IMG/VR virus record: IMGVR_UViG_3300027996_002186
Location: 186,001 to 250,000 of that record
Length of the DNA stretch: 64,000 bases
Direction: 5' to 3' (one strand)
Part shown: in pieces, positions 48,632 through 58,578 of the stretch
How positions within the stretch are numbered: position 1 is the first letter of the stretch
Layout: each line of letters opens with the position of its first letter
Made by a program: the position numbers and the translations under genes
The notes under the pieces: generated by a model
Told to the model about the DNA's origin: nothing
Seen by the model: only the letters and a program-made list of their open reading frames with translations
Databases searched by the model: none

Positions 48632-48839
48632 TAAACTTAAAATAGAAAGGGATTATTGGTTTCCTAACCGAGTTAATACATATTCTAGAAAAAGGAGTAT
48701 TGCTAAAATATTTGATTTTGAATATGAGGACCTTTTATTATCCAATCCACAAGTCCTTTGGGGTAGTAATACTGCTCAACCCAGAAGAACATTTACAATA
48801 CCAGTTGGTGAAAAGAGCAAAAAAAACTATGTTGGGTAG
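48618..48839 (+). CDS. small hypothetical protein (RKRSIAKIF motif)
   Basis: ATG 48618 in frame with ORF-track ORF 48555-48839. Confidence 0.55.
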   Translation: MKKFNKLKIERDYWFPNRVNTYSRKRSIAKIFDFEYEDLLLSNPQVLWGSNTAQPRRTFTIPVGEKSKKNYVG

Positions 48840-48901
48840 TATAAAATCCTTATTGAGAAAATATAAATAAAAGGTAATCATGTGAGTATAATATATACTC
48901 T

Positions 48902-49231
48902 ATGATTAAAATTTACTTGATATGTGCTGAAATTGGTGGTGAAAAACTTCACAAGATAGGATACACAAAACGTACTATTGAGCAAAGAATAAAGGAATTT
49001 AAGACAGGTAACGCTTCTGAATTTTATATTGTTGATTCATTTGAATCAAAGTGGGGTACGATGGTTGAAGCTCAGTTACACAAAATTTTTAGAGATAAAA
49101 AGGTTAATGGTGAGTGGTTTGATTTAGATGAAGATGATATACTAAAGTTTAGAGAAATGTGTAAACAAATAGATAATAATCTAGAAGTTGTTTCACAGGG
49201 CAACTACTATTTAGAAAAAGGTAAGTTTTAA
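48902..49231 (+). CDS. GIY-YIG/T5orf172 (Mug113-like) domain protein
   Basis: IYLI...HKIGYT...RIKE...E..LH..F...NGEWF. Confidence 0.85.
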   Translation: MIKIYLICAEIGGEKLHKIGYTKRTIEQRIKEFKTGNASEFYIVDSFESKWGTMVEAQLHKIFRDKKVNGEWFDLDEDDILKFREMCKQIDNNLEVVSQGNYYLEKGKF

Positions 49232-49255
49232 ACTTTTTAGAATTAAAAAATATAA
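49229..49255 (+). promoter_or_regulatory. TAAAC-N17-TATAA promoter
   Basis: TAAAC 49229-33, TATAA 49251-55. Confidence 0.6.
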
Positions 49256-49270
49256 AAATAAAATATTGTT

Positions 49271-49543
49271 ATGGTATCAGTAAAAGAAAATAGTATTAGA
49301 GAGTACATATCTAATATAGACTTCAAAAGAGATGATTGGGGACTTGCTCAAATAAAAGAAGATATGAGAAAATTCTTAGGAGAAGAACCTGGTATTGATG
49401 TTGTTTATAAAAAAGATGTTATGATTAATGAAGTTACTGGTGATGCACATGAATTCAAAGGTATTAAGAGTGTATCAGTAATATTTTTTGATACTGATGA
49501 TAAGTTTAAGAAACTAGAATTTCTAATAGATGATAAAATATGA
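49271..49543 (+). CDS. hypothetical protein
   Basis: 90 aa. Confidence 0.7.
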   Translation: MVSVKENSIREYISNIDFKRDDWGLAQIKEDMRKFLGEEPGIDVVYKKDVMINEVTGDAHEFKGIKSVSVIFFDTDDKFKKLEFLIDDKI

Positions 49544-49752
49544 ATTATTCAAACTATTATTTAGATTTAGAAAAGGTTGGTGAATTAAAAACACAAAGTG
49601 ATAAAGATAAAATACACAGTTATTATACTGATATGTTACATTCTGCTCATGATAAAAGAGAAGAAGTGGCTAAATCTATTTTTAATACATTATTTAATAA
49701 TAAGTATTTGAAAGAAGTTCGCGATGAGAAAATTGAACAAATATTATCTTGA
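49540..49752 (+). CDS. small hypothetical protein (C-terminal RDEKIEQIL motif)
   Basis: 70 aa, ATGA overlap. Confidence 0.7.
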   Translation: MNYSNYYLDLEKVGELKTQSDKDKIHSYYTDMLHSAHDKREEVAKSIFNTLFNNKYLKEVRDEKIEQILS

Positions 49753-50060
49753 TGGAAATAAAAGCTGATATATTAGAATACTTAGGTAAGTTTGATGAGG
49801 GTATCATTGTACTACTTACATTATCATATGATGATGAATACTATGAATGTACTTTATACTATAAAGATAAATTAGTAGCTTTAACACCCGAAGAAAGATT
49901 AGAAGAAAAACTTGGATCAGTTATAGAAGACTGGGAAGGTTATAATGATTTAATGATGGATATACTTAAAAGAGTAGTTCCTTATGATGAAATGATTGGT
50001 AGGTGTGATGAGATTGATATGTCTCAATATGGAATCGTATTAGATAATAAATCAGAATAA
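49749..50060 (+). CDS. hypothetical protein
   Basis: 103 aa acidic. Confidence 0.7.
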   Translation: MMEIKADILEYLGKFDEGIIVLLTLSYDDEYYECTLYYKDKLVALTPEERLEEKLGSVIEDWEGYNDLMMDILKRVVPYDEMIGRCDEIDMSQYGIVLDNKSE

Positions 50061-50063
50061 CAA

Positions 50064-50090
50064 TAAACTTACATTACAAAAATGATATAA
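50064..50090 (+). promoter_or_regulatory. TAAAC-N17-TATAA promoter
   Basis: TAAAC 50064-68, TATAA 50086-90. Confidence 0.6.
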
Positions 50091-50111
50091 ATAAAAAATA
50101 ATCATATTTGA

Positions 50112-51815
50112 ATGCTTATAAGTGAAATAGGAATTAGGGGTTATAAATCATTTGGAAACAATGAACAAGTCTTAAAATTAAATACGGAAAGAGGTGAATT
50201 ACTACTTCTTGTCGGTAACAACGGTAATGGTAAATCTTCATTACTAGAATCTTTTGAATACGTACTTTATGGTAAAGTAAAGTCAGGTAAAACAAAGAAA
50301 TGGCACAAGTTGTCAACACTACCAAATAGAATAAACGGAGAACTTCTTAATAGAATAAAATTTGTTGCTAATGGAACAGAGGTTGAAGTTAAACGTGGTA
50401 TATCACCAGGTATCTTAGAATTAACCGAAAATGGTGTTGTTAATGAAAGAGCTGGTAAATCAAACATAGACGATCATATAGAAAAGTATATTGGGTTAGA
50501 TATTGAGACATTTAAGTCCTTTATATCAATGTCTATTAATGATTTCAAAAACTTTATATCATTAACTAATGAAGAAAAGAAATTATTACTTGATAAATTA
50601 TTTAATCTTGAAGTTATTAATGTACTCAATGGTATATTAAAGGATATCAATAAAAATAATAAAGTTAGATTAGCTTCTTTGGATTCTGAGATAAGAACAT
50701 TAGAAGAATCGATTGATTCTATTAAGAGGTCAGTTGCTAAGGCTATTGAAAGAGAGAAAGAAGATCTTCAACAAGAGATAGATGTTTTAATTAAAGAAAT
50801 GAACTCTAAGAAAGGAGATTACAAGTTATTAAAAGAAAAAGTTGAGAAGATAAAGGGTAAAGAGAAAATTTTAACCAAAGAAATGGATACTGAGAAAAGT
50901 CAGTATAGTAATACAAAGAATGATATTAAGAATGTTCAGAGGGAAATAGACCTTTATGATTCTGGTAAATGTCCTACTTGTTCAACTGATTTCAAATCAA
51001 CACATTTTGCTGATTTGAGAACTTCTTTATTGGAGAAGAAACAAGGATTTGATGATATTAAACTTGAAATCGAAGAAAATATTAAAAGTGTTAAGGCTAA
51101 ACAAGTTAAATTGAAAGAAATAGCTGATGGTACAACAACATCATTTAACGATTTATCTTACTTACTACGTAATTATAAAACTAAGATTGATGAATTATCA
51201 AGAAAGCAGGGTAGGGAGATTGGTAAAGAATCTATTAATGTACAAGAGTTTCAAAAAACAATTGAAGAGTTAGAAGAAAAGAAAGGTTTTAGCCACGATA
51301 ATATCTCTATTAGTAAAGAAAAGGAACTTTATTATAAAGAGTTGAATCGCATATTTGGTGAGGATGGTGTTAAGAAAGCAATTATCGCTGGTATTATTAA
51401 ACCAATAAACCATTTCATAAAAGAGAATGTTAAAACAATGGGGTTACCATTTGATGTTCAGTTAGACGAAACGTTTACTGCTGAGATTAAAATGTTAGGT
51501 GTTCCCATTGAACATGATTCATTATCAACTGGTGAAACTAAAAAGATAAATATTGCTATTTTGATAGCTTATTTGAAATTGATACGAACTAAGAAACATA
51601 TCAATATACTCTTCTTAGATGAAGTATTTGCCTCTATTGATATAGAGGGAATAGATTCTATATTGGGTCTCTTAAAATCATTCGCAAACGACTATAATAT
51701 CAATATATTTGTTGTTCATCACGCAATTTTAAGTCAGGAGATGTTTGATAGAATTATTAAAATAAATAAAGATATTTTTTCATCTGTTGAAGAGGTGGTT
51801 TATGAGTATGTCTAA
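50112..51815 (+). CDS. SbcC/Rad50-like recombination endonuclease subunit (T4 gp46)
   Basis: GNNGNGKSS Walker A, coiled coil, CPTC zinc hook, LSTGE signature, LFLDE Walker B. Confidence 0.92.
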   Translation: MLISEIGIRGYKSFGNNEQVLKLNTERGELLLLVGNNGNGKSSLLESFEYVLYGKVKSGKTKKWHKLSTLPNRINGELLNRIKFVANGTEVEVKRGISPGILELTENGVVNERAGKSNIDDHIEKYIGLDIETFKSFISMSINDFKNFISLTNEEKKLLLDKLFNLEVINVLNGILKDINKNNKVRLASLDSEIRTLEESIDSIKRSVAKAIEREKEDLQQEIDVLIKEMNSKKGDYKLLKEKVEKIKGKEKILTKEMDTEKSQYSNTKNDIKNVQREIDLYDSGKCPTCSTDFKSTHFADLRTSLLEKKQGFDDIKLEIEENIKSVKAKQVKLKEIADGTTTSFNDLSYLLRNYKTKIDELSRKQGREIGKESINVQEFQKTIEELEEKKGFSHDNISISKEKELYYKELNRIFGEDGVKKAIIAGIIKPINHFIKENVKTMGLPFDVQLDETFTAEIKMLGVPIEHDSLSTGETKKINIAILIAYLKLIRTKKHINILFLDEVFASIDIEGIDSILGLLKSFANDYNINIFVVHHAILSQEMFDRIIKINKDIFSSVEEVVYEYV

Positions 51816-51868
51816 TGAAAAAGCTACAAATTCATGAAATAAAACTAAAACAATTAGGTATAAATTAA
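51815..51868 (+). CDS. possible 17-aa micro-ORF MKKLQIHEIKLKQLGIN
   Basis: TAATG overlap with gp46 stop; consists almost entirely of the recurrent motif. Confidence 0.3.
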   Translation: MKKLQIHEIKLKQLGIN

Positions 51869-51926
51869 TACATATAAGTATGATGAACGAAAATCAATTC
51901 TTAGGGATATAAAATAAAAATGTATT

Positions 51927-52121
51927 ATGTTAATAATAAAGGTTAAAGAGGGTGAGAAGATTGAAAGAGCTCTGAAAAGGTATAAAAATAAACACCGAAA
52001 AACGAAAGTTATGAATGAAGTTAGAGATAGAAAAAACTTCAAGAAAAAAAGTGTTAAGCGTAGAGAAGAAAAGAATAAAGCTATTTATATACAAAAGATT
52101 AAAGATAACGAAAAGGATTAA
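51927..52121 (+). CDS. rpsU: ribosomal protein bS21
   Basis: MLIIKVKEGEKIERALKRYK.K......EVRDRKNFKKKSVKRRE, Bacteroidota-type. Confidence 0.9.
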   Translation: MLIIKVKEGEKIERALKRYKNKHRKTKVMNEVRDRKNFKKKSVKRREEKNKAIYIQKIKDNEKD

Positions 52122-52555
52122 TGGGTTTTAATAAAAGATATATTAGAAAGGAAATGATACTTGAGAATGTTAGTAACATTAATTTTATATGTAAGTTGGT
52201 TAATGCTGATGCTTTAATAATTGATACTTGGTCAAGTAATTTTTATGATAATTTTAATTTCAAGTGCGTAAAATATAATAAAATACGAGAAGTTATTAAA
52301 AAGGATATAATATTTAATTCACATCATAATAATGTTTTAAATCATGAAAATTACAAAGAACTATTTAATTTATCAAATGTTCTTTTAAATCTTAAAACAG
52401 ATCCATCCTGGGTTGATGTTTTATTAACTGGTGATATTTTAAATGAAATTGATACTGATTTTATGAAGAAAAAGGATACACCAAAAGAAATAACTGGTAG
52501 ATTCGATGAGTTGGTAAAATATCACATCAAACTAATAGAGGAATATTATGGATAA
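52121..52555 (+). CDS. hypothetical protein
   Basis: 144 aa MGFNKRYI, coupled to rpsU. Confidence 0.7.
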   Translation: MGFNKRYIRKEMILENVSNINFICKLVNADALIIDTWSSNFYDNFNFKCVKYNKIREVIKKDIIFNSHHNNVLNHENYKELFNLSNVLLNLKTDPSWVDVLLTGDILNEIDTDFMKKKDTPKEITGRFDELVKYHIKLIEEYYG

Positions 52556-54323
52556 GAATAAAAACTACTATGATATACTTGGTGTTACTCATGATTCTGA
52601 TAACAATCAAATAAAAAAAGCTTATTATAAATTATCATTTACACACCATCCTGATAAAGGTGGTGATGCTATTATATTTGGTGAAATGACAGAAGCTTAT
52701 GATGTTCTTTGTGATGATGAAAAAATACGAGAAGAATATGATTGTAAAAGTAGATATGGTAAATGTTATGATGAATATTATGAATTATTTGATATCAATG
52801 TAGATTTTTCATATGATGATGGTAAAGAACAATTAGAGAAATTCAAAAGAAATGAAATAAATAACATTCAAATTGAAGTTGATGAAACATTTGATGGTAA
52901 AATTGAATATGTTAGATGGGTTAAGTGTAAACCTTGTGATGGTAGTGGAAAAGATATGTCGGGGAAAATACTTATTCGTGACTTAGAAGGTAATATTGTG
53001 AAAACATTTGATGCTGAGGATGGTTGTGATTTCTGTTTTGATGGGTATAATAATGTAATAACTGAAAATGGTCCAAAATTTATAAAAGATGTTAAATTGG
53101 GTGATTTCGTTCTATCCAGTAATAATAATTACTACGAAGTTGTAAACTTAATGAATAGGGATTATAGTGGTAACTTATATGATATTAATGTTTGTGGTAT
53201 TAATGTTGTTGGTGTTACTCCTAATCATAAATTTAATATTGTTAGATTTAAAAGAAATAAACAGGGTAGGGTTAATATAAATAATTATGATATATTGGAA
53301 TCATCAGTTGATGAAGTAACAACTGATGATTTTGTTTTATACCAAACACGTAAATATAAACCAAAATCAAAAATAATTCTAGAAAAAACAATAAATAGAG
53401 ATTTATCTGAAATACTAATAGATGATAACTTTGTTAAATTTATAGCTTGTTATATTACCGAGGGTAATACAAGAGATGATAGAGTTGTTGTTATAACAAT
53501 GCACATAGAAAAGGATAAACATTTGGTTGATTTTATAAAGCATTATATGGAGTCTATTGGTAATACCATTAAATGTTTTCAAAATGATTCCTGGGGTGAT
53601 AAGGTTATAAAAATTGAAATTTTTAATTCGCAATTATCAAAATTTTTAAAGAAATTTTGTGGCCATAGAGCTGAAAATAAATTTATAAATAATGATATAC
53701 TAGGTGCATCAGATCAGTCATTGCTAGAAACTCTATTATTGTGTGATGGATATCATAAGAAAAATTTAAGAACATATACAACTGTTTCTGAAAAATTAGG
53801 TAACCAAGTATTACACTTAGCTCTTGGATTAGGCCATAATGCTTCGATATCAAGGTATAAATCATATGTTGATAAACATGATGTTAATCACCAAGCTTGT
53901 TATAGAGTTTATATAACTTTTGTTGGAGATTTGACAAAAGTGGGTATTTATAATAAAAAAATAAAGGAAGGTACTTGTCTAAAAGTTAAGAGTATTAATA
54001 AGAGAGAAGTTTTAAATAATAAAGTATATAATATAACAGTTGATAAAACACATAAATATACTATTGATGGATTACTTGTTAATAACTGTGAGGGTACTGG
54101 TAAAAGCTATGATGGTTCAGATTGTTCATTTTGTGTTGGTCAAGGAAAAGTTGGATTAAAACCTTGTGATAAATGTGAAGGTAATGGTAGAACAATGGGT
54201 AATCAAAAATTGTCAGGTATTAAACTTACTGATGATGAAACTAAATTAGATACTATGGGTCATTTTTCTAAGAATGGTGTAGGATACTTACTTTTAGTGA
54301 AAAAAATCAAAAATAATTCATAA
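52548..54323 (+). CDS. dnaJ: DnaJ-like co-chaperone (J domain plus four CxxCxGxG motifs) containing an intein
   Basis: YYDILGV...IKKAY...HPDK; CKPCDGSG, CDF|CEGTG, CSFCVGQG, CDKCEGNG. Confidence 0.85.
   Translation: MDKNKNYYDILGVTHDSDNNQIKKAYYKLSFTHHPDKGGDAIIFGEMTEAYDVLCDDEKIREEYDCKSRYGKCYDEYYELFDINVDFSYDDGKEQLEKFKRNEINNIQIEVDETFDGKIEYVRWVKCKPCDGSGKDMSGKILIRDLEGNIVKTFDAEDGCDFCFDGYNNVITENGPKFIKDVKLGDFVLSSNNNYYEVVNLMNRDYSGNLYDINVCGINVVGVTPNHKFNIVRFKRNKQGRVNINNYDILESSVDEVTTDDFVLYQTRKYKPKSKIILEKTINRDLSEILIDDNFVKFIACYITEGNTRDDRVVVITMHIEKDKHLVDFIKHYMESIGNTIKCFQNDSWGDKVIKIEIFNSQLSKFLKKFCGHRAENKFINNDILGASDQSLLETLLLCDGYHKKNLRTYTTVSEKLGNQVLHLALGLGHNASISRYKSYVDKHDVNHQACYRVYITFVGDLTKVGIYNKKIKEGTCLKVKSINKREVLNNKVYNITVDKTHKYTIDGLLVNNCEGTGKSYDGSDCSFCVGQGKVGLKPCDKCEGNGRTMGNQKLSGIKLTDDETKLDTMGHFSKNGVGYLLLVKKIKNNS
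53034..54086 (+). mobile_element. intein (351 aa) with LAGLIDADG endonuclease, inserted in the DnaJ zinc finger
   Basis: Starts CFDG..V.TENG...IKDVKLGD.V, block B VTPNHKF, ends VYNITV...Y...GLLVNN/C; IACYITEG and LLLCDG motifs. Confidence 0.88.
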
Positions 54324-54405
54324 GTCTATATTCGTCTGTGTCTCAGATTCACCAGAGTAAAGAGTTATCAATATCCGGAATTTAGTTAAATTATTTAAAG
54401 TTCAC

Positions 54406-55068
54406 TTATCCTATAATCTTGTCTCTGTTTGAACACCACCAATCAATATCCGTATCTATGAATATATTTGCATTGATAGGAGCTCCTTGAAATAGCTTAT
54501 GATTCTGATTTGACTGTCTCATTTTAGGGTGAAATTCTCTCCCTGCATGGAAACATATCTTTACCAAGTTAGTACCAACCGCTTCAACTTCATTTCGTTT
54601 CCAAAAATCTGAATCCAGTTCTGTGTATTTGAATGAAAAACTCGGCTGGCGAATGGAATCGGGTGTTCTGGTATCATTCTTCTTTTTTGAATTAAACCTG
54701 ATCATATCAGTTTTTTCGCGTTCAATACCTCCTTGTACCGAATACATTTCATGTGTTATTACCTCAATGTGTTTAGGTTTCCATGAAATATCTACAAGAA
54801 GTTTATGCTGATTCAGTGCCTTCTCGTATAAAACATTCATCGTACTTTCCAACTCTTCTATATTTTCATAATGTCCATAAAGATACAAATCTACATCCCA
54901 CGTATGCCAATCAAATAAACATTTACCATATATGTAAAGGTCGAATTTATCCAGGATATCAGTATTTTCACGGATATCGATCAAGTAATTTTTTAACCTA
55001 TCATAGGTAGGTCTTAACCATGGTGTGGTAGTTTCTACTGACCCTATCTTATAATGAAATTTCCCCAT
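54406..55068 (-). CDS. possible Pol-beta-superfamily nucleotidyltransferase
   Basis: LYIYGKC...TWDVDL...LLVDI pattern (hG.../DxD/D). Confidence 0.5.
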   Translation of the reverse strand: MGKFHYKIGSVETTTPWLRPTYDRLKNYLIDIRENTDILDKFDLYIYGKCLFDWHTWDVDLYLYGHYENIEELESTMNVLYEKALNQHKLLVDISWKPKHIEVITHEMYSVQGGIEREKTDMIRFNSKKKNDTRTPDSIRQPSFSFKYTELDSDFWKRNEVEAVGTNLVKICFHAGREFHPKMRQSNQNHKLFQGAPINANIFIDTDIDWWCSNRDKIIG

Positions 55069-55092
55069 ATTTATGTTTTTAATCTATTTTTA

Positions 55093-58000
55093 TCAAGAAC
55101 CTCCGCCACCACCACCTGATGATTCTCCATCATTATTATCACTTGGATCATTGTATGATGATTCTGTTGATAAACTATCCAAACCAATAACGATATTATC
55201 GATAAAGCTGAATTGATTATCTTCATAATCTATAAATGGTGCTACTCCTTGAAAGGGAATTTGTACAGCTTTGTTTATATAATCATCAGTTATGTATTTG
55301 AAAAAAGGAGCTTTATCTATCTCATAGAATTTGATATTATCCATAGATGTTGTTAAATCACCATTAGCTAGTAATAAAATATTTAAATCTCTTCTATTGA
55401 AGAAATATTCATACTTTCTTGTTTTATTTGTTTGTATGTGATTTACAAATTCTTGATCTGGGAAAGCTTTATATGGTACTACAGCAGCAACATCTAAAGT
55501 ATTTAATAAATAAATACTTGGTTTTTCTCCATCATAAACATTAAGAGGATTTTGTGGATTACCACCTCCGGTTAACCCCTCAAAGGATAATAAATCAAAT
55601 TCAACCATTGAATATCTTTTCTTTTCAATAGTAACATTTGTATTATTTAGTTTGAAACTACCAGAAGCTGAACCAGAACCAGTTTCTTTTATAATATCTA
55701 TTTGGAATGATTCAGTTGAATCATTCCTTTCTAACATAAGTTCATTTTCCGATAATCCGGATGATAAACTATATGTCCATCCATCATTTATAAAGGTACC
55801 TAATCCACCATTAAAGTTCCTGGTTTGATAACCAAAAGGAAAAGATGGTCCTGTAGCAGAGCTAAATGGATCATTAAATTCTGAGAAGTCACCCAAGAAA
55901 TCTTCATAAATTTCATATTTAGTACCTAGTGAATAAATAGTATTTCTTAAATTATAACTATTTCTAAAAGATGATTTACTATCAAGAACATCTTCTGTTA
56001 TGTGTCCGTATAAATTATTCTGTGAGTATTTCCCAAACCCAAACTCATATATAGTTTGACTTCTTCCTAGGTTGGTAGCTGATTCATCCAACCACTTAAC
56101 ATCAATCCACGAATTATAGCTATAAACGGATTCTAAATTAGATGTTTCTAGAACAGTACTCGGAGCAACATTATTATCAATAAAATCAAAGTTTTGTATA
56201 ACTGCAGTTCCGGTTCTACTACTAACTAGACCACCTTCTGATGTAGAAGAGGCTCCAAATTGTTTATCAATCACAATCATATAATCATCAACAACAGCAA
56301 TAACATTTGATTCTCCATTGTAGTGTATATTAAAATTTTGGTCATCCATATTAATATTAACTTTATCACCAACCACAAATCCATGTGCTGTTGCTCCAAA
56401 TGTTAACCCTAGTGTGTTTGGTGAGGTTTCTTGCCACCAATAAGTATCAACAAAACTAGATTCATGGTAGTTCCCGTAGAAGTGACCACCATCATACCTA
56501 CCGTCTATCCAGTGTGTGTTATACATTTCTGTTATATATGGAAATCCTTTAAATAGTCCGTTATTCCAAATACCTTCAAAATACCCATTTAAGAAACCAC
56601 CATTCAACCAAACATTTTTTGTTATTTTTATCTTATGGTTATCAGAATCTTTTTCAATTCTTCTAAGCGGAAATGTATTATTAAAATCAACAACAATACT
56701 ATTATCAAATCCTCCTTCACCAACTATGTTAACAAATAATACAGTGAAGTAATTTGTCATTAACTTTCTATTTTCATTAATATCTATACCAACTATATTT
56801 CCTATTGACACTTTATCACCAACTTTAAAGTATGATACTACCTCTTTTCTTCCGGATATTTTTATCCTCCATCTTATATTTGTTGTATTCATCATCTTTG
56901 ATATTTCTACATCATCGAATTCTTGAACATCACCATCAACTCGCCAACCACTATTCCAAACACCATTTTCCCAAATACCTTGTTTGAATATCCCATTTCC
57001 TACTTTAGCTTTTAATGAATTAAGATTTATAATATTACCATATAAATTTGAAAAATATCCAGGGAATCCAGTTGCTCCAAATAACTCAGATAATGTTACA
57101 CCAGTTCCCGGAGGAACCGATGCTGAAAAGGTCAATACTTCATGTAATGTATTTTCATTAACAACATTAACGCTATAAGTCGCATCATATGAACCACCAA
57201 TAACACAAAGTTCTGTTGGTTCTTCATATAAATCTGTTTCTGTGAATAAAAATTGTTCATTGTTATCATTTTCTTGGTATGCGCCATCTATTGAAAAATT
57301 ACTCAATAGTATCGATGTCGAATAGGCCCAATCACCACTTTGAGTAAACCCATCATTATTACCCCTAAATAGGAGATATTGATTTCCTTTTAAACCAAAA
57401 TATTTATAATTACCATCAGCGTCTATTTTACCCAAAAATTGACCACCACTCAATATATTCTCAAAATCTGTGATGTTATTAGTTTTTAAATTATCTCCCA
57501 AACTATCAATTAAATACATATCAACATATGAATCATCACTAAATCCAGCATCAGCATCAAATGATATATTAAATGATGCGTATGGTATAAACCTTGATAT
57601 ATAGTTACTTGATGTGAATCCAGTTAAGCATGGTTGATAGGGTAAAGGAATCTGTTCATCTATTCCGAGGTAAGTAAAAATGAAATAACCCGGGTAGTAT
57701 CCGTAAGGTAATCTATCTGAGTAAGCATCCTGTCCGTCAAAGTCTACCGGAATACCATCTGGTGGTGCAGATATGAATTCAATTGGTCTTTGTGGTTGAA
57801 ATCTAAAACTATCATTAGTAAAATCATATTTCCACCCAGCTGAATATATTTCATCAGCCTCACCAACATCACCTTGGTTGGAACTCAAAGCCCACCCTTG
57901 TACAAACCAGTCCATTTCTACCACTTTGAATTCTTTAATGGTTGCTGTTCCATAATAATTGGGAAATGCTGCAGATCCAAATTCATCAAAACTAGATTCG

Positions 58001-58578
58001 TAGGTTACAAGATCGGGTCTTCCGAGAGGCGATCGATAAGCATTTGTTGTTGTATTACCAGGACTGTTAGAATTGACATCTACAATATTTTGGGGGTTTA
58101 TAATGTTACTTGGACTAGAGAAATATTGTAACGTAACGTCACCCTCACTCAATGGTCTGCTATCCTTTCTCCAATCTTCTGGAAAATTAAATGGTGGAAA
58201 GAATGGTAACTCCGCAAGTGTGTGTGTTTTATATTCAAAATATCCAGTGTTCGGTTGAAGTATTGATAAATTTCCTGTGGTGTCGAAAGCCCAAGGTGTC
58301 AGTATTTTTAGATATCTATTGCTAGATAAATTATCTATTCCAGAAGGAACTCCCCCGCCACCTCTGGATGTGAAAGCATTAACCTTTGTTAAAAATAAGT
58401 AATTTTTATTAGAATTATACGTTGTAGCGCCATTAGTTTCGGGCCAAAAAAGCATTTTCCGTACAGGTAGATTAGTTGCTCCATTATTTAGTGTGGTCAT
58501 ACCCGTGCCGTTATCATCCCAAAATCGACCTGTAAATGGAGGAATGTTATTGTTAAGAAATTCTGTTTGCCATGCCAT
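55093..58578 (-). CDS. large putative virion protein with W-x-x-G-x repeats
   Basis: 1161 aa; GIWENGVWNSGW, WLNGGFLNGYFEGIWNNG; TAATATATA-gttt-ATG. Confidence 0.7.
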   Translation of the reverse strand: MAWQTEFLNNNIPPFTGRFWDDNGTGMTTLNNGATNLPVRKMLFWPETNGATTYNSNKNYLFLTKVNAFTSRGGGGVPSGIDNLSSNRYLKILTPWAFDTTGNLSILQPNTGYFEYKTHTLAELPFFPPFNFPEDWRKDSRPLSEGDVTLQYFSSPSNIINPQNIVDVNSNSPGNTTTNAYRSPLGRPDLVTYESSFDEFGSAAFPNYYGTATIKEFKVVEMDWFVQGWALSSNQGDVGEADEIYSAGWKYDFTNDSFRFQPQRPIEFISAPPDGIPVDFDGQDAYSDRLPYGYYPGYFIFTYLGIDEQIPLPYQPCLTGFTSSNYISRFIPYASFNISFDADAGFSDDSYVDMYLIDSLGDNLKTNNITDFENILSGGQFLGKIDADGNYKYFGLKGNQYLLFRGNNDGFTQSGDWAYSTSILLSNFSIDGAYQENDNNEQFLFTETDLYEEPTELCVIGGSYDATYSVNVVNENTLHEVLTFSASVPPGTGVTLSELFGATGFPGYFSNLYGNIINLNSLKAKVGNGIFKQGIWENGVWNSGWRVDGDVQEFDDVEISKMMNTTNIRWRIKISGRKEVVSYFKVGDKVSIGNIVGIDINENRKLMTNYFTVLFVNIVGEGGFDNSIVVDFNNTFPLRRIEKDSDNHKIKITKNVWLNGGFLNGYFEGIWNNGLFKGFPYITEMYNTHWIDGRYDGGHFYGNYHESSFVDTYWWQETSPNTLGLTFGATAHGFVVGDKVNINMDDQNFNIHYNGESNVIAVVDDYMIVIDKQFGASSTSEGGLVSSRTGTAVIQNFDFIDNNVAPSTVLETSNLESVYSYNSWIDVKWLDESATNLGRSQTIYEFGFGKYSQNNLYGHITEDVLDSKSSFRNSYNLRNTIYSLGTKYEIYEDFLGDFSEFNDPFSSATGPSFPFGYQTRNFNGGLGTFINDGWTYSLSSGLSENELMLERNDSTESFQIDIIKETGSGSASGSFKLNNTNVTIEKKRYSMVEFDLLSFEGLTGGGNPQNPLNVYDGEKPSIYLLNTLDVAAVVPYKAFPDQEFVNHIQTNKTRKYEYFFNRRDLNILLLANGDLTTSMDNIKFYEIDKAPFFKYITDDYINKAVQIPFQGVAPFIDYEDNQFSFIDNIVIGLDSLSTESSYNDPSDNNDGESSGGGGGGS

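Noticed and set aside
48740-48790. PQVLWGSNTAQ as a tail-sheath fragment, analogous to the capsid fragments
   Set aside because: Only about 8 residues of resemblance; cannot be supported without a profile search.
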